From Bacteroidetes bacterium HGW-Bacteroidetes-21 (GTDB taxonomy: Bacteria; Bacteroidota; Bacteroidia; Bacteroidales; GWA2-32-17), in NCBI GenBank assembly GCA_002840935.1, contig PHDH01000002.1:1-52615 (forward strand): a stretch of DNA of 52,615 bases, given 5' to 3'. A program made the position numbers and the translations under genes. The notes under the pieces were generated by a model. The model had not been told where the DNA came from and did no database searches. It saw only the letters and a list, made by a program, of their open reading frames with translations. Below, piece after piece: positions 21,183-30,071 of the stretch (positions are counted from its first letter, which is position 1; every line of letters begins with the position of its first letter).

Positions 21183-21342
21183 AATATAAAATGAAAATAA
21201 TAATTAAATTGTGTGAAAAATATGGGTAAATATTCAAAACAAAACAAAATATGAAATTTTATATTTCATTTTTGGTGACTTGAAGAAAAATAAAAAATTT
21301 ATTTGGTATTATTCTTGTAAATCTGTTCACAAATCGATAGAT

Positions 21343-21843
21343 ATGAAAACAACTTTATTCGCATTTTTTCCTCTGGTTTTTCTTTTTAGTTTTTTCAATT
21401 CGAATTTGAATGATATTTCTAAAATGCCAATTAATCAGGTGGATGCTTCGGATACGCTTCTTCCGCCAGCCATTATTAGCCCTATTAATGGAAGTTATAT
21501 GGATGGGAAGAATGTGGCATTCATGTGGACAAAAACCGGTCAAAAGCATGTATACGAAATTATGATTTCTACATCACCAGATTTTATCAATGCGAAAAGT
21601 TTTGGTGTGAAAGATACGTCTTATAGTTTTCCTGCAAATGAATTAACAAAGAATGCAAACTACTATTGGAAAGTCAGAGCTTTTGCCTCAAAAAAAATAT
21701 TCAGTGAATGGTCTCCTGTGTATCAGTTTTATTATGGAATAATGCCAGTTCAGGTAAGATCAGGTTGCGACCATAATTGTGGTTCGTGTACGCATCCTTG
21801 CGGAAGAAGACCTCCTCCCGTTTACGATATAAAAGCCGAATAA
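21343..21843 (+). CDS. Exported FN3/Ig-like domain protein with Cys-rich C-terminal tail
   Basis: Signal peptide from ATG 21343; P.IISPING...F.W...YEIMIST.PDF...YYWKVRA...SEWS (FN3-like); tail GCDHNCGSCTHPCGRR. Confidence 0.7.
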   Translation: MKTTLFAFFPLVFLFSFFNSNLNDISKMPINQVDASDTLLPPAIISPINGSYMDGKNVAFMWTKTGQKHVYEIMISTSPDFINAKSFGVKDTSYSFPANELTKNANYYWKVRAFASKKIFSEWSPVYQFYYGIMPVQVRSGCDHNCGSCTHPCGRRPPPVYDIKAE

Positions 21844-21963
21844 GCAGCAACTTTTTGATATTTTTTTAGTTATTATCCTCATTTAGTTAGATTCTATATT
21901 ATACTGGTAATTTAAATGCCTGTGTTTAATCTATAGCTTAAAATAGAAATAGTTGAATAAAAA

Positions 21964-21996
21964 TTTGACGTGGATTGCTAAAATTTCTTATGTTTG
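21964..21996 (+). promoter_or_regulatory. Bacteroidota -33/-7 promoter
   Basis: TTTG (21964-21967), 21-nt spacer, TATGTTTG (21989-21996); supports ATG 22025. Confidence 0.65.
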
Positions 21997-22024
21997 CATC
22001 CTTAATCATTTAATATTTAACTTT

Positions 22025-23626
22025 ATGAAAAGAATCATGTTTTTATCTTTCCTATTATTTATGGGGATAGGGACTATGCTTTATAGTCAAACTATAGAGG
22101 TCCAAAATACCTATGAAATTACCGGAAAAGCAAAAAGAGGTGCCTTAGGTCATGTGGAGTATGATCAGGCTTCAGGTGTTTATACATTAGTATATGTCAC
22201 AAAATCTAACGAGAAGAAGGCAAAATTTCAGGTCTATACTTTCGACCGAGATTTCAAGTTTCTCAATATGGTTGAAGATGAAATTGAATTTGATAAGGCC
22301 AAAACGAAATATACCTGGTTTAAGTATAATGGTGAATTATATTCTGTTACAGGAAATTATGTAGAGCCAAATCTCGTAGGGACATTAGTGCTGAAAAAAA
22401 AGAAAATTACCTATAAGTATGATTGGTTGTTATTAGGCTATTATAAAACGGTTGAAATTCTTGAAAAAGTTAAACCTAAAACAGATGATGGTAGAAAATT
22501 ATTTTATTTGAAACATGCTGAAGATGATAGAACTGGAGATATTTATGTCTTGTGTGGAGTGAAAGCAAATATGAAAGATGCAAAAGATGATAATGCTGCT
22601 GCCTATCGTCATCAGATGGATATTCACTTGCTGAAATTTAATGCTGATCTTGATATTGTTGGAGATATTCCTGTAAAATTTGATTTTCCACAGCAAGTGG
22701 CTTTTGGAACAACCATAACAAAGATGTATGAAGATGATCCTGATAATCCGGGTATTTCTGGTATTGTTTTCGTTACAGTTCCCATGGGTGGTCCGGGTAT
22801 GAATAAATTTGCAGACCCTAAAATGAATAATTATACTTACCTTCGTTTTAATACAGAGGGAACACCATCACTAAAAGAAAGGATTTCTTTTGAATCTCCT
22901 GCAATTTATTGGAGAATGGATGAAATGGTGGTTGCTGATGATGCTGTTTACATTTTTGGAGTATCGGCTCCAGGTAAAGAAAAGTATTACAACATGATAA
23001 CCAATGTGACTAAGTTTAAAGGGGTCCAGCTCATGAAAATTGCTGGTGGAAAAGTAGAATATCTGACAGAAACAACGTTAGAAGATTTTGCCGCGAAAGT
23101 AAAATTTCCTCCTTCCCAGAAGAAGATTGAAGCATATGAAGGGAAAAGGTTTCATTTTGCCAATTACTATGTGTCTGACAATGGTGATTTCTTTGTACTT
23201 GGTCAGAAATTTGATGAAGCAAAGGAAGGGAACAAATATAAAGATGTACTTACCTTCCATTTTGATAACAAAGGAGTGTTGAAATCACAATATGCTGTCG
23301 ATTTATTGGAGTCTAATCAATATTCCAAAGCTGCCGGTTGTCCTCAGGATTTGATTGAAGGGAACAAATCAATGTATTGGCTGATGATGGAGATAAAAGG
23401 AGTAACCATGTGGAATCCTAAACCCCTTACTTATCCCCGAATTGGCAAAATTGATATTAATACAGGTACTATCTCAGATCCTGCTGCCTTTGGTAAAATT
23501 GAAAAAGCGGATTATTATCTTGATCCCAAGTTTCCCTTTTTACAAACCGACGGAGGTAATAAAATTGTATTTTTTGGATCTGATAAAAGTGGTAAAACTA
23601 TTTGGTTCTGCCGTGTAGCTTTATAA
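22025..23626 (+). CDS. Exported hypothetical protein (beta-rich)
   Basis: Long ORF with signal peptide MKRIMFLSFLLFMGIGTMLYS-Q; no family recognised. Confidence 0.8.
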   Translation: MKRIMFLSFLLFMGIGTMLYSQTIEVQNTYEITGKAKRGALGHVEYDQASGVYTLVYVTKSNEKKAKFQVYTFDRDFKFLNMVEDEIEFDKAKTKYTWFKYNGELYSVTGNYVEPNLVGTLVLKKKKITYKYDWLLLGYYKTVEILEKVKPKTDDGRKLFYLKHAEDDRTGDIYVLCGVKANMKDAKDDNAAAYRHQMDIHLLKFNADLDIVGDIPVKFDFPQQVAFGTTITKMYEDDPDNPGISGIVFVTVPMGGPGMNKFADPKMNNYTYLRFNTEGTPSLKERISFESPAIYWRMDEMVVADDAVYIFGVSAPGKEKYYNMITNVTKFKGVQLMKIAGGKVEYLTETTLEDFAAKVKFPPSQKKIEAYEGKRFHFANYYVSDNGDFFVLGQKFDEAKEGNKYKDVLTFHFDNKGVLKSQYAVDLLESNQYSKAAGCPQDLIEGNKSMYWLMMEIKGVTMWNPKPLTYPRIGKIDINTGTISDPAAFGKIEKADYYLDPKFPFLQTDGGNKIVFFGSDKSGKTIWFCRVAL

Positions 23627-23646
23627 TATTTTCTTAGAAAACTAAA

Positions 23647-23677
23647 GAGAGGCTGTCTGAAAAGGCAGCCTTTTTTT
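23647..23677. terminator. Intrinsic terminator between convergent genes
   Basis: AGGCTGTC-TGAAAA-GGCAGCCT followed by a T run. Confidence 0.85.
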
Positions 23678-23697
23678 GTTTGGTCGACTGATTATAC

Positions 23698-26600
23698 TTA
23701 CCATATCCTAAAATCAAACTCCAAATTTTCTCTTCGTGTAGTTGGTCGTTGTTTTCCACCGGAAAGTTCTTCTACTTTTTTGTAGACGTAGTTTTCAATT
23801 TCACTGAGCAATATGATTCCGTCTTTGTTCAGGTCAGACGATTTTTCTTTTAAGCCAGAGAGAAGACAATATGTAAATAAACCATTGTTCCAGGCCTTTC
23901 CTTCCATGGCGAATTCAGCCCCTCCCGCCGAGGATATTATCGTGGTTCCGGTTCCCCTCCTAAGATCAGCAAATAGATCGGATGCGAGTTGTGCTGATTG
24001 AGACAACCCAAAACCATTTTTTGCAACCGTAGTAACAGCACCTGCATTACGAAACTTGACTTCAGATGTTTCTGTTTTTGTGTTGTCGGCAATGGAATAC
24101 TCATCCAAATCCAGTTCGCCAGAGTGACAAGAGTCCATCAGGAAAAGCTTTTTGATAGGCTTAATGCCATCCAACAATAGTTCCAGATCCTCGTACGCAA
24201 TTCCTCCCGAAATAGGATTATTGAAATCCATATCGTAAGTTCCAAAAAAGTAATTAAGATCAGTATCTAAAACTCCATGACCTGCAACAAAAATAATAAC
24301 CACATCTTTCGTTTGAGCCTGACTTAGAAAATTGTTTTTAAGATCAAGAATTGCATTTTTTGTGGCTTGTTCGTTGGTCAGTGTTTTTATAAATACTTTG
24401 TTGTATTGGTCAGATTTTTTAAAGAATTCTGCCACATCACCAGCATCTTTTGCGGCATAATTTAAATTAAACTTTTCGTTTTTATACTTCGAAACACCTA
24501 TCGAAACTAAGTATAAATCTGGTTTTGTAATATTTTTATTTAAAATGTTAAATGTTTCTTTGAGTGATTCGGCTCCTTTTGTATTTAATGCAGAAACTTG
24601 AATTTTATTCTTGCCTGGGCAAAGTGGAATATTCAATTCTGTATTGAAGTTTTTTGTTGATTTGTCTTTAATGGATAATCCTTGGGTACCGTATACGGGA
24701 ACATCGTTAACAAAAATATTTAATCGGTCTAATTCGTATTTGCTGTCGATGGCAGAAAGTTGGATTTTGACTTCTTGTTTAGTCTCATCATAATTTTGAT
24801 TTTTTATCAGGATTTCAGGCAGGTGAATATCGTCAGACAATTGGGTCTCGTCCATTCCCATTCTCTTTAATCGTTTTTGATAAGCGAGATAGTAAGCATT
24901 AATGACATCTTGATTCACCATACTCAGATCTTTAAGTATGATATCAGGACGGTTGTATTTCAAATCAAATTGTTCGAATGGATAATATTTTGCTTCTTTT
25001 TCCTTTCCTTGATTGACATGATAACCAACATATTTGCTTCCTTTTTTGGAACTGGTAAAGTAGCCATCTTCATTCCATATAATCCAGTCTCCGTTTTCAT
25101 CAATAAAAACCGAAACCACGGGGTAAATTTCATTACTATATATTTCCGAAAAGTGATTTTTAAAAGACGAACATCGATAATCGTTTTCTACCATTGTATT
25201 AATAACTTTTAACCAAGCTTCCTTTGTAGCAATTTGGGATTCAGCACTTACGCCTATGATTTTAAATACTTTATTAAATGTCGGATAGATTTTCATACGT
25301 TTACAAAATTCTGTAACGGATTCAGGTGATTTGGGGTTAACAGTGGCCCCTAACTCATTCAACGGCCATATTTTTATAGTACGATCGTTACTGGCAGTAA
25401 TTAGTTTTTTGCCGTCATCCGAGATACTTAGACCTTCAATATCTCCAATATGTCCAATAAACTGTGATATCTCAACGCCTTGATAATTATATGCTTTAAG
25501 CGTTCCGTAAGATGCTCCGGAAATAATGCTATTGTTAACGAATGAAAAGGAACGGTGTTCACTGCCGTTCCAATATTCTAGGGGTATGGAATCGTGAATG
25601 GCTTTATTTTTATAAATATAAAGACCGCCGTTAAGAGCATCGCCACGGCGATATCTTTCGATACTCATATTTCCATTTGTTTTTACAGGCCGTTTCCAGG
25701 CAATTGACATGTCGGGGCTTTCTATCGTTTTCGAAATGAGGTCGAATTGTTTATTAAACTTCGAGTATCCGAAATTTTCAGTCCATTGGTCGGCAAACGC
25801 AATTTTTGAACCAGAAAGAGCTGCAGAAAACATAATATTACCTTTTCCAGTCATTCTTTGAATAACCTCAGGCTTTTCATTCATCCCCTTCAATCTAATT
25901 ACAATTACTTCATCTTTGCTTCCTCCCGAAATGGCAAATGTTTCATTGTCAATGAAGGCTCCTGCAATGACTGAATTATCAACGTCTTCAAAATCCGCAT
26001 AGGGCGTCCAACCCTCAGTTTCCAGACTTAATACCGAAACCGTATGTTTGCTTCCCCTTCCAGTACAACCGAAGAGAATTTTTTTGCTGTCGGGAGAAAA
26101 GGCTGCGAAAATAAATTCCATATCACCTGTTGCTTCTGCTATTGGTTTGTAGGTCTCATCATAGATTGTCATAAATGTGTCAACTACCGCAACAGTATAT
26201 TTTCCGTCGGGCGACCAGGCAACACCATCTCCAGCAATTTGTTCGTAATAATGGTCGCAATACAAACTATCTTTTTTATTTATGTTCCACCATTTAATTC
26301 TTCCATATTGATCGGTTGTAATAAATTGATTGTCGTGAACGGCAATGTCCATTATATCATCATCTTGGCCAAGTCCAAGATTTTTGTCGTGATGATTGTA
26401 TTTTTGAATAATTTTTTGACCCTCAACATCCCAAAGAAAAAGTTCGTTTTCTGCGTCTCCAGATAGTAGCTTTTTCCCATCGGGAGTGAAAGCTAATGCA
26501 TGAATGACATTTCTGTGACCTTTTAGTAAAAAAAGAAGTTTCCCGCTTTTAAAATCATAAATTCGAATGTCTCCAATAACCTCCGATTCATCGTGTTTGC

Positions 26601-26910
26601 CAAACCAGCCTCCTGTGGCGAGGTATTTATTGTCGGGCGAAAGAGCCATAGAATAGACCATCCCGTTGCTTCCGGGGCCTATTTCGCCGAGTATTTCCCT
26701 GACCATTTCTCCTGACTCAACGTCCCAAACTTTTATTGTTTTATCAAAGCTCCCAGTAATAATTTGTTTTTTGTCGGAAGTTACAAGTAGAGCCCTTATT
26801 TGCCCTTTATGTCCCGCCGGATTTATCACCAACAAGGGTCTGCTTTCCTGGGCAAAAATCCCTGTATATGTCAAAAAAGTTATAAATGTACCTATAAGTA
26901 ACTTGTTCAT
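23698..26910 (-). CDS. Exported WD40-repeat protein with C-terminal caspase-like (peptidase C14) domain, paralog of 12213-15878
   Basis: Signal peptide; WD40 repeats (GHKGQIRAL...TGSFDKTIKVWD); FVAGHG and MDSCHSG dyad; shares YPFEQFDLxYNRPDI and DxHLPEI with the other copy. Confidence 0.9.
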   Translation of the reverse strand: MNKLLIGTFITFLTYTGIFAQESRPLLVINPAGHKGQIRALLVTSDKKQIITGSFDKTIKVWDVESGEMVREILGEIGPGSNGMVYSMALSPDNKYLATGGWFGKHDESEVIGDIRIYDFKSGKLLFLLKGHRNVIHALAFTPDGKKLLSGDAENELFLWDVEGQKIIQKYNHHDKNLGLGQDDDIMDIAVHDNQFITTDQYGRIKWWNINKKDSLYCDHYYEQIAGDGVAWSPDGKYTVAVVDTFMTIYDETYKPIAEATGDMEFIFAAFSPDSKKILFGCTGRGSKHTVSVLSLETEGWTPYADFEDVDNSVIAGAFIDNETFAISGGSKDEVIVIRLKGMNEKPEVIQRMTGKGNIMFSAALSGSKIAFADQWTENFGYSKFNKQFDLISKTIESPDMSIAWKRPVKTNGNMSIERYRRGDALNGGLYIYKNKAIHDSIPLEYWNGSEHRSFSFVNNSIISGASYGTLKAYNYQGVEISQFIGHIGDIEGLSISDDGKKLITASNDRTIKIWPLNELGATVNPKSPESVTEFCKRMKIYPTFNKVFKIIGVSAESQIATKEAWLKVINTMVENDYRCSSFKNHFSEIYSNEIYPVVSVFIDENGDWIIWNEDGYFTSSKKGSKYVGYHVNQGKEKEAKYYPFEQFDLKYNRPDIILKDLSMVNQDVINAYYLAYQKRLKRMGMDETQLSDDIHLPEILIKNQNYDETKQEVKIQLSAIDSKYELDRLNIFVNDVPVYGTQGLSIKDKSTKNFNTELNIPLCPGKNKIQVSALNTKGAESLKETFNILNKNITKPDLYLVSIGVSKYKNEKFNLNYAAKDAGDVAEFFKKSDQYNKVFIKTLTNEQATKNAILDLKNNFLSQAQTKDVVIIFVAGHGVLDTDLNYFFGTYDMDFNNPISGGIAYEDLELLLDGIKPIKKLFLMDSCHSGELDLDEYSIADNTKTETSEVKFRNAGAVTTVAKNGFGLSQSAQLASDLFADLRRGTGTTIISSAGGAEFAMEGKAWNNGLFTYCLLSGLKEKSSDLNKDGIILLSEIENYVYKKVEELSGGKQRPTTRRENLEFDFRIW

Positions 26911-27246
26911 AGTTTGCTTTTTTTTGCTAAATTATAGTATTCTTCGTTACAATTTATCTATTCAAAATAAAATGATTTATTTTTTATTCTTATCGTTTAC
27001 GATATTTTTTTCGCAATTTGACTCTTAATTGTTTTTTGTGAGTAGGTAATAATGTTATGAAAATAAGCAATATATATTCGTATCTCGAGTTGTTCTTGTT
27101 GTTCCCCTAAGATTCTAAAAATTTATCGTAAGATTATCCTTCGTAATGAGCATAAATACAGGGCGTTGTTGTCTGTGATAAAGAAGTTGACACATATGTT
27201 AAAATAATATATTTTTGCTCCTTCTAAAAACTAAAAATTATTTTGT

Positions 27247-30012
27247 ATGATAAAACGAATACTATTATTTTTTGTTCTTTTAGTAAATTCAGTGTTACTG
27301 TTTGCTCAAACGGGTGATGAGTATTTTACAAAAAAAGAATATGCCAGTGCAATTGCAAGATATGAACAGGAAATTAAATCAAAACCTGAAAAGTATTTCA
27401 ATCTGGCTAAAGCGTATTTTGCAATTAAAGAATTTGATAAATCAATTGCAGCACTTGAAAATTATAAAAAATTGTACACTTCAGCAGATATTGCTCTAGC
27501 TGATAAATGGATAACTCTACTGAAGAGAGACGATGAGTATATTGAAGTAAATAACTCTGGAGAATTGTTAAACTCGCCTCAATCTGATTATTTTCCGTAT
27601 GTATCAAAAGATGGTAATACATTGTATTTTACGACAAAAGACCGTGCTAATGGATTTGGTGGAGAAGATATCTGGTTTTGCGAAAGAAATTCGGATGGCA
27701 CTTGGGGAAAAGCCCAGAATATCAATACACAACTTAATACAAAGAGTCATGAGTGTATGATGTCTATGTCGGGAGATGGCAACGTTTCTATCCTATTTGG
27801 TAATTATGAAGGTTCATTCGGTGGTGGCGATTTATTCTATTCTGTTAAAACGGAAAAGGGATGGACTATGCCTTGTAACCTGGGAGGAACAATCAATTCG
27901 AAAAACTGGCAGTCGCAAGCAAGTTTAGCTGCTGATGGAAAAACTTTATTGTTTATCAGTGATGTTGAAGGCGGTTTTGGGGGTGGGGCTGATATTTATG
28001 TGTCAGTCTTATCAGAAGAAGGTTGGAGCAAACCGGTGAATTTGGGCCCTAAGATTAATACTCCTGGGTTCGAAGGCTGGCCTTTCCTTGCCGCTGACGG
28101 CAAAACTTTGTATTTTTTCAGTGATGGTCATTTTGGGTTTGGCGGTCATGATATCTTTATGGCTAAAAAAATCGGTGAATCCTGGACAGATTGGAGCGAA
28201 CCTGTGAATATGGGTAAATACATTAATACATTAGATGATGATAAGTATTTATCTATTCCATCATCCGGAATCAAGGCATATACAGTTAGAACAAATCAGC
28301 CCGAAGGATATGGTGAGTCGGATATTTATGAATTTATCATTCCTCCCAGTATGCGCCCCGAAATTGTAATTAATGTGTATGGTTATGTTACAGATGAGAA
28401 TAAAGCTCCCGTTGGAGCCGTTGTTCGTTTTTATGACTCAGTAACAGGTGTTGAGCAGGCATCGGCTAGTAGTAATTTTACGGATGGCTTATATCGGGTG
28501 TCTTTACCTCCATTAAAAAAATACAATGTTGTCATCGATATGAAAGGATATCTTTATCTGACCGATGTAATTGATCTTACTGATTTGTCGAAGTTTACTA
28601 AGGTCGAATATATGAATGAAAGATTAGCAGAGCAACTTCCTGAAATTAAGGCAATGCAAGAAAAACTGACAGCACTTAATAATCAGCTATTCTCAGTGAT
28701 TAACGAAAACTCTACAAATATTGATAATGCTTTTAAAAATTATGATGATATTATTAAAGCATATAGGACAAATCTTAATAGTTTAGACCTCTCTATTAAA
28801 AAATCAAAACTCGCATGGATGTCTAAAGAAGATAAAATTATGGATGTCCGTAAAGATTTTCAATTGCAAACAATTCGTGTAGGGGCAACTTTCGAACTAA
28901 AAAATATTTTCTTCGATTCCGGTAAGGCTACCCTTCGTGAAGAATCAAAAACTGAGCTTGATAAACTGGTGGATATAATGAAGAAAAGCGAAATCGTTAT
29001 TGAGCTAGGAGGACATACCGATAGCATTGGTACAGATGAGTCAAATATTAAACTTTCGCAAGAGAGGGTAAATTCTGTTATGCAGTATTTGATTGATAAT
29101 CAAATTAAACCTGAACGTATCAAAGCAGTGGGATATGGCGAGTCTCAACCTTTAGCCTCTAATAGTACAGACGAAGGACGTCAGAAAAATCGTCGTGTAG
29201 AAGTTAAAATTCTTCAGTTACAACTTGCAAGAGAAGGACAGGATGTGTATACGGATCAGCCCAAAGAAGTGAAGCCTGAAGAAAAATTTGATTTTCTTTC
29301 AACACTGCAAAATGCGGCACAAAAAGGAGGATTGCCTTCTAACAGCCCATGCTCTAACGAAGTTAAATATCTGACGGATATTGTGCCCACAACAACTACC
29401 ACAGATCCTCAGTATACTACACCAACACGCACACCCCGTTCAACATATAGCGAAGTCGAAAGGGATAATTTTGTTTACAAAACATTTAACCCTTATCTTA
29501 AAAACTTAAGTCTTGCTGAGCAAAATGTTAATGGAGCAAATATTTATGAAGGATCTTCTTTAGGAGTTGGAGTGAATTTTGTTAGCGAGAAACTTAGGGA
29601 AACAACCTTTGAGTACTATTTTGTTAATGATGATAGTATTAAGTGGATGGGGTATTTTAACTTTAATTATAACTGGCAGTTTTTTAAATCTCTCGATTTG
29701 CCTTTATTGACAATTTTTGGTGTTAATACTCATTTCTGGCAGCATACTTCTAATATTAATGGTTCAGACGGTGCAATTATTCTAAATATGCCTATAGGAT
29801 TCCGTTATAATATTGAAATTTCTGATGACTTGTATGCGGCTCCTATGATAAAGTATAGTTTTGGTACTTCATTAAAAGATATAAATGATGTAAGTTCAAA
29901 ATACTTTACAGTTGGGGTAGATGCACGGTATAAATTTATACAAGGAGGATTAAATTATAATAGTGGCGAACTAATTAAATATCTAGGATTTAGAATCGGA
30001 TTTGCATTCTGA
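27247..30012 (+). CDS. OmpA-family protein: TPR + PD40 propeller + carboxypeptidase-regulatory-like + OmpA_C, with extra C-terminal putative beta-barrel
   Basis: Signal peptide; TPR; PD40 repeats (P.LAADGKTLYF.S..H.GFGG.DI); OmpA motifs NIFFDSGK, IELGGHTDSIG, NIKLSQER and GRQKNRRVE; ends YLGFRIGFAF. TATTTTTG box at 27210-27217. Confidence 0.88.
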   Translation: MIKRILLFFVLLVNSVLLFAQTGDEYFTKKEYASAIARYEQEIKSKPEKYFNLAKAYFAIKEFDKSIAALENYKKLYTSADIALADKWITLLKRDDEYIEVNNSGELLNSPQSDYFPYVSKDGNTLYFTTKDRANGFGGEDIWFCERNSDGTWGKAQNINTQLNTKSHECMMSMSGDGNVSILFGNYEGSFGGGDLFYSVKTEKGWTMPCNLGGTINSKNWQSQASLAADGKTLLFISDVEGGFGGGADIYVSVLSEEGWSKPVNLGPKINTPGFEGWPFLAADGKTLYFFSDGHFGFGGHDIFMAKKIGESWTDWSEPVNMGKYINTLDDDKYLSIPSSGIKAYTVRTNQPEGYGESDIYEFIIPPSMRPEIVINVYGYVTDENKAPVGAVVRFYDSVTGVEQASASSNFTDGLYRVSLPPLKKYNVVIDMKGYLYLTDVIDLTDLSKFTKVEYMNERLAEQLPEIKAMQEKLTALNNQLFSVINENSTNIDNAFKNYDDIIKAYRTNLNSLDLSIKKSKLAWMSKEDKIMDVRKDFQLQTIRVGATFELKNIFFDSGKATLREESKTELDKLVDIMKKSEIVIELGGHTDSIGTDESNIKLSQERVNSVMQYLIDNQIKPERIKAVGYGESQPLASNSTDEGRQKNRRVEVKILQLQLAREGQDVYTDQPKEVKPEEKFDFLSTLQNAAQKGGLPSNSPCSNEVKYLTDIVPTTTTTDPQYTTPTRTPRSTYSEVERDNFVYKTFNPYLKNLSLAEQNVNGANIYEGSSLGVGVNFVSEKLRETTFEYYFVNDDSIKWMGYFNFNYNWQFFKSLDLPLLTIFGVNTHFWQHTSNINGSDGAIILNMPIGFRYNIEISDDLYAAPMIKYSFGTSLKDINDVSSKYFTVGVDARYKFIQGGLNYNSGELIKYLGFRIGFAF

Positions 30013-30023
30013 TTAATGATATC

Positions 30024-30055
30024 AAAAAAAGGCTGAGGAAACTCAGCCTTTTTTT
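30024..30055. terminator. Bidirectional intrinsic terminator
   Basis: AAAAAAAGGCTGAG-GAAA-CTCAGCCTTTTTTT, a perfect hairpin with GAAA tetraloop between convergent genes. Confidence 0.92.
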
Positions 30056-30071
30056 ATGACTACTAATATCA

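Noticed and set aside
21161-21342. N-terminal extensions of glnA (to 21247) and the FN3 gene (from 21280) in the ORF track
   Set aside because: AT-rich intergenic DNA containing the glnA promoter box; the downstream ATGs give a normal GSIII length and a proper signal peptide.
21778-21795. c-type heme (CxxCH) or radical SAM motif
   Set aside because: The sequence is CGSCTH, not CxxCH. The CxxxCxxC spacing lies in a short tail of an exported protein with no radical SAM barrel.
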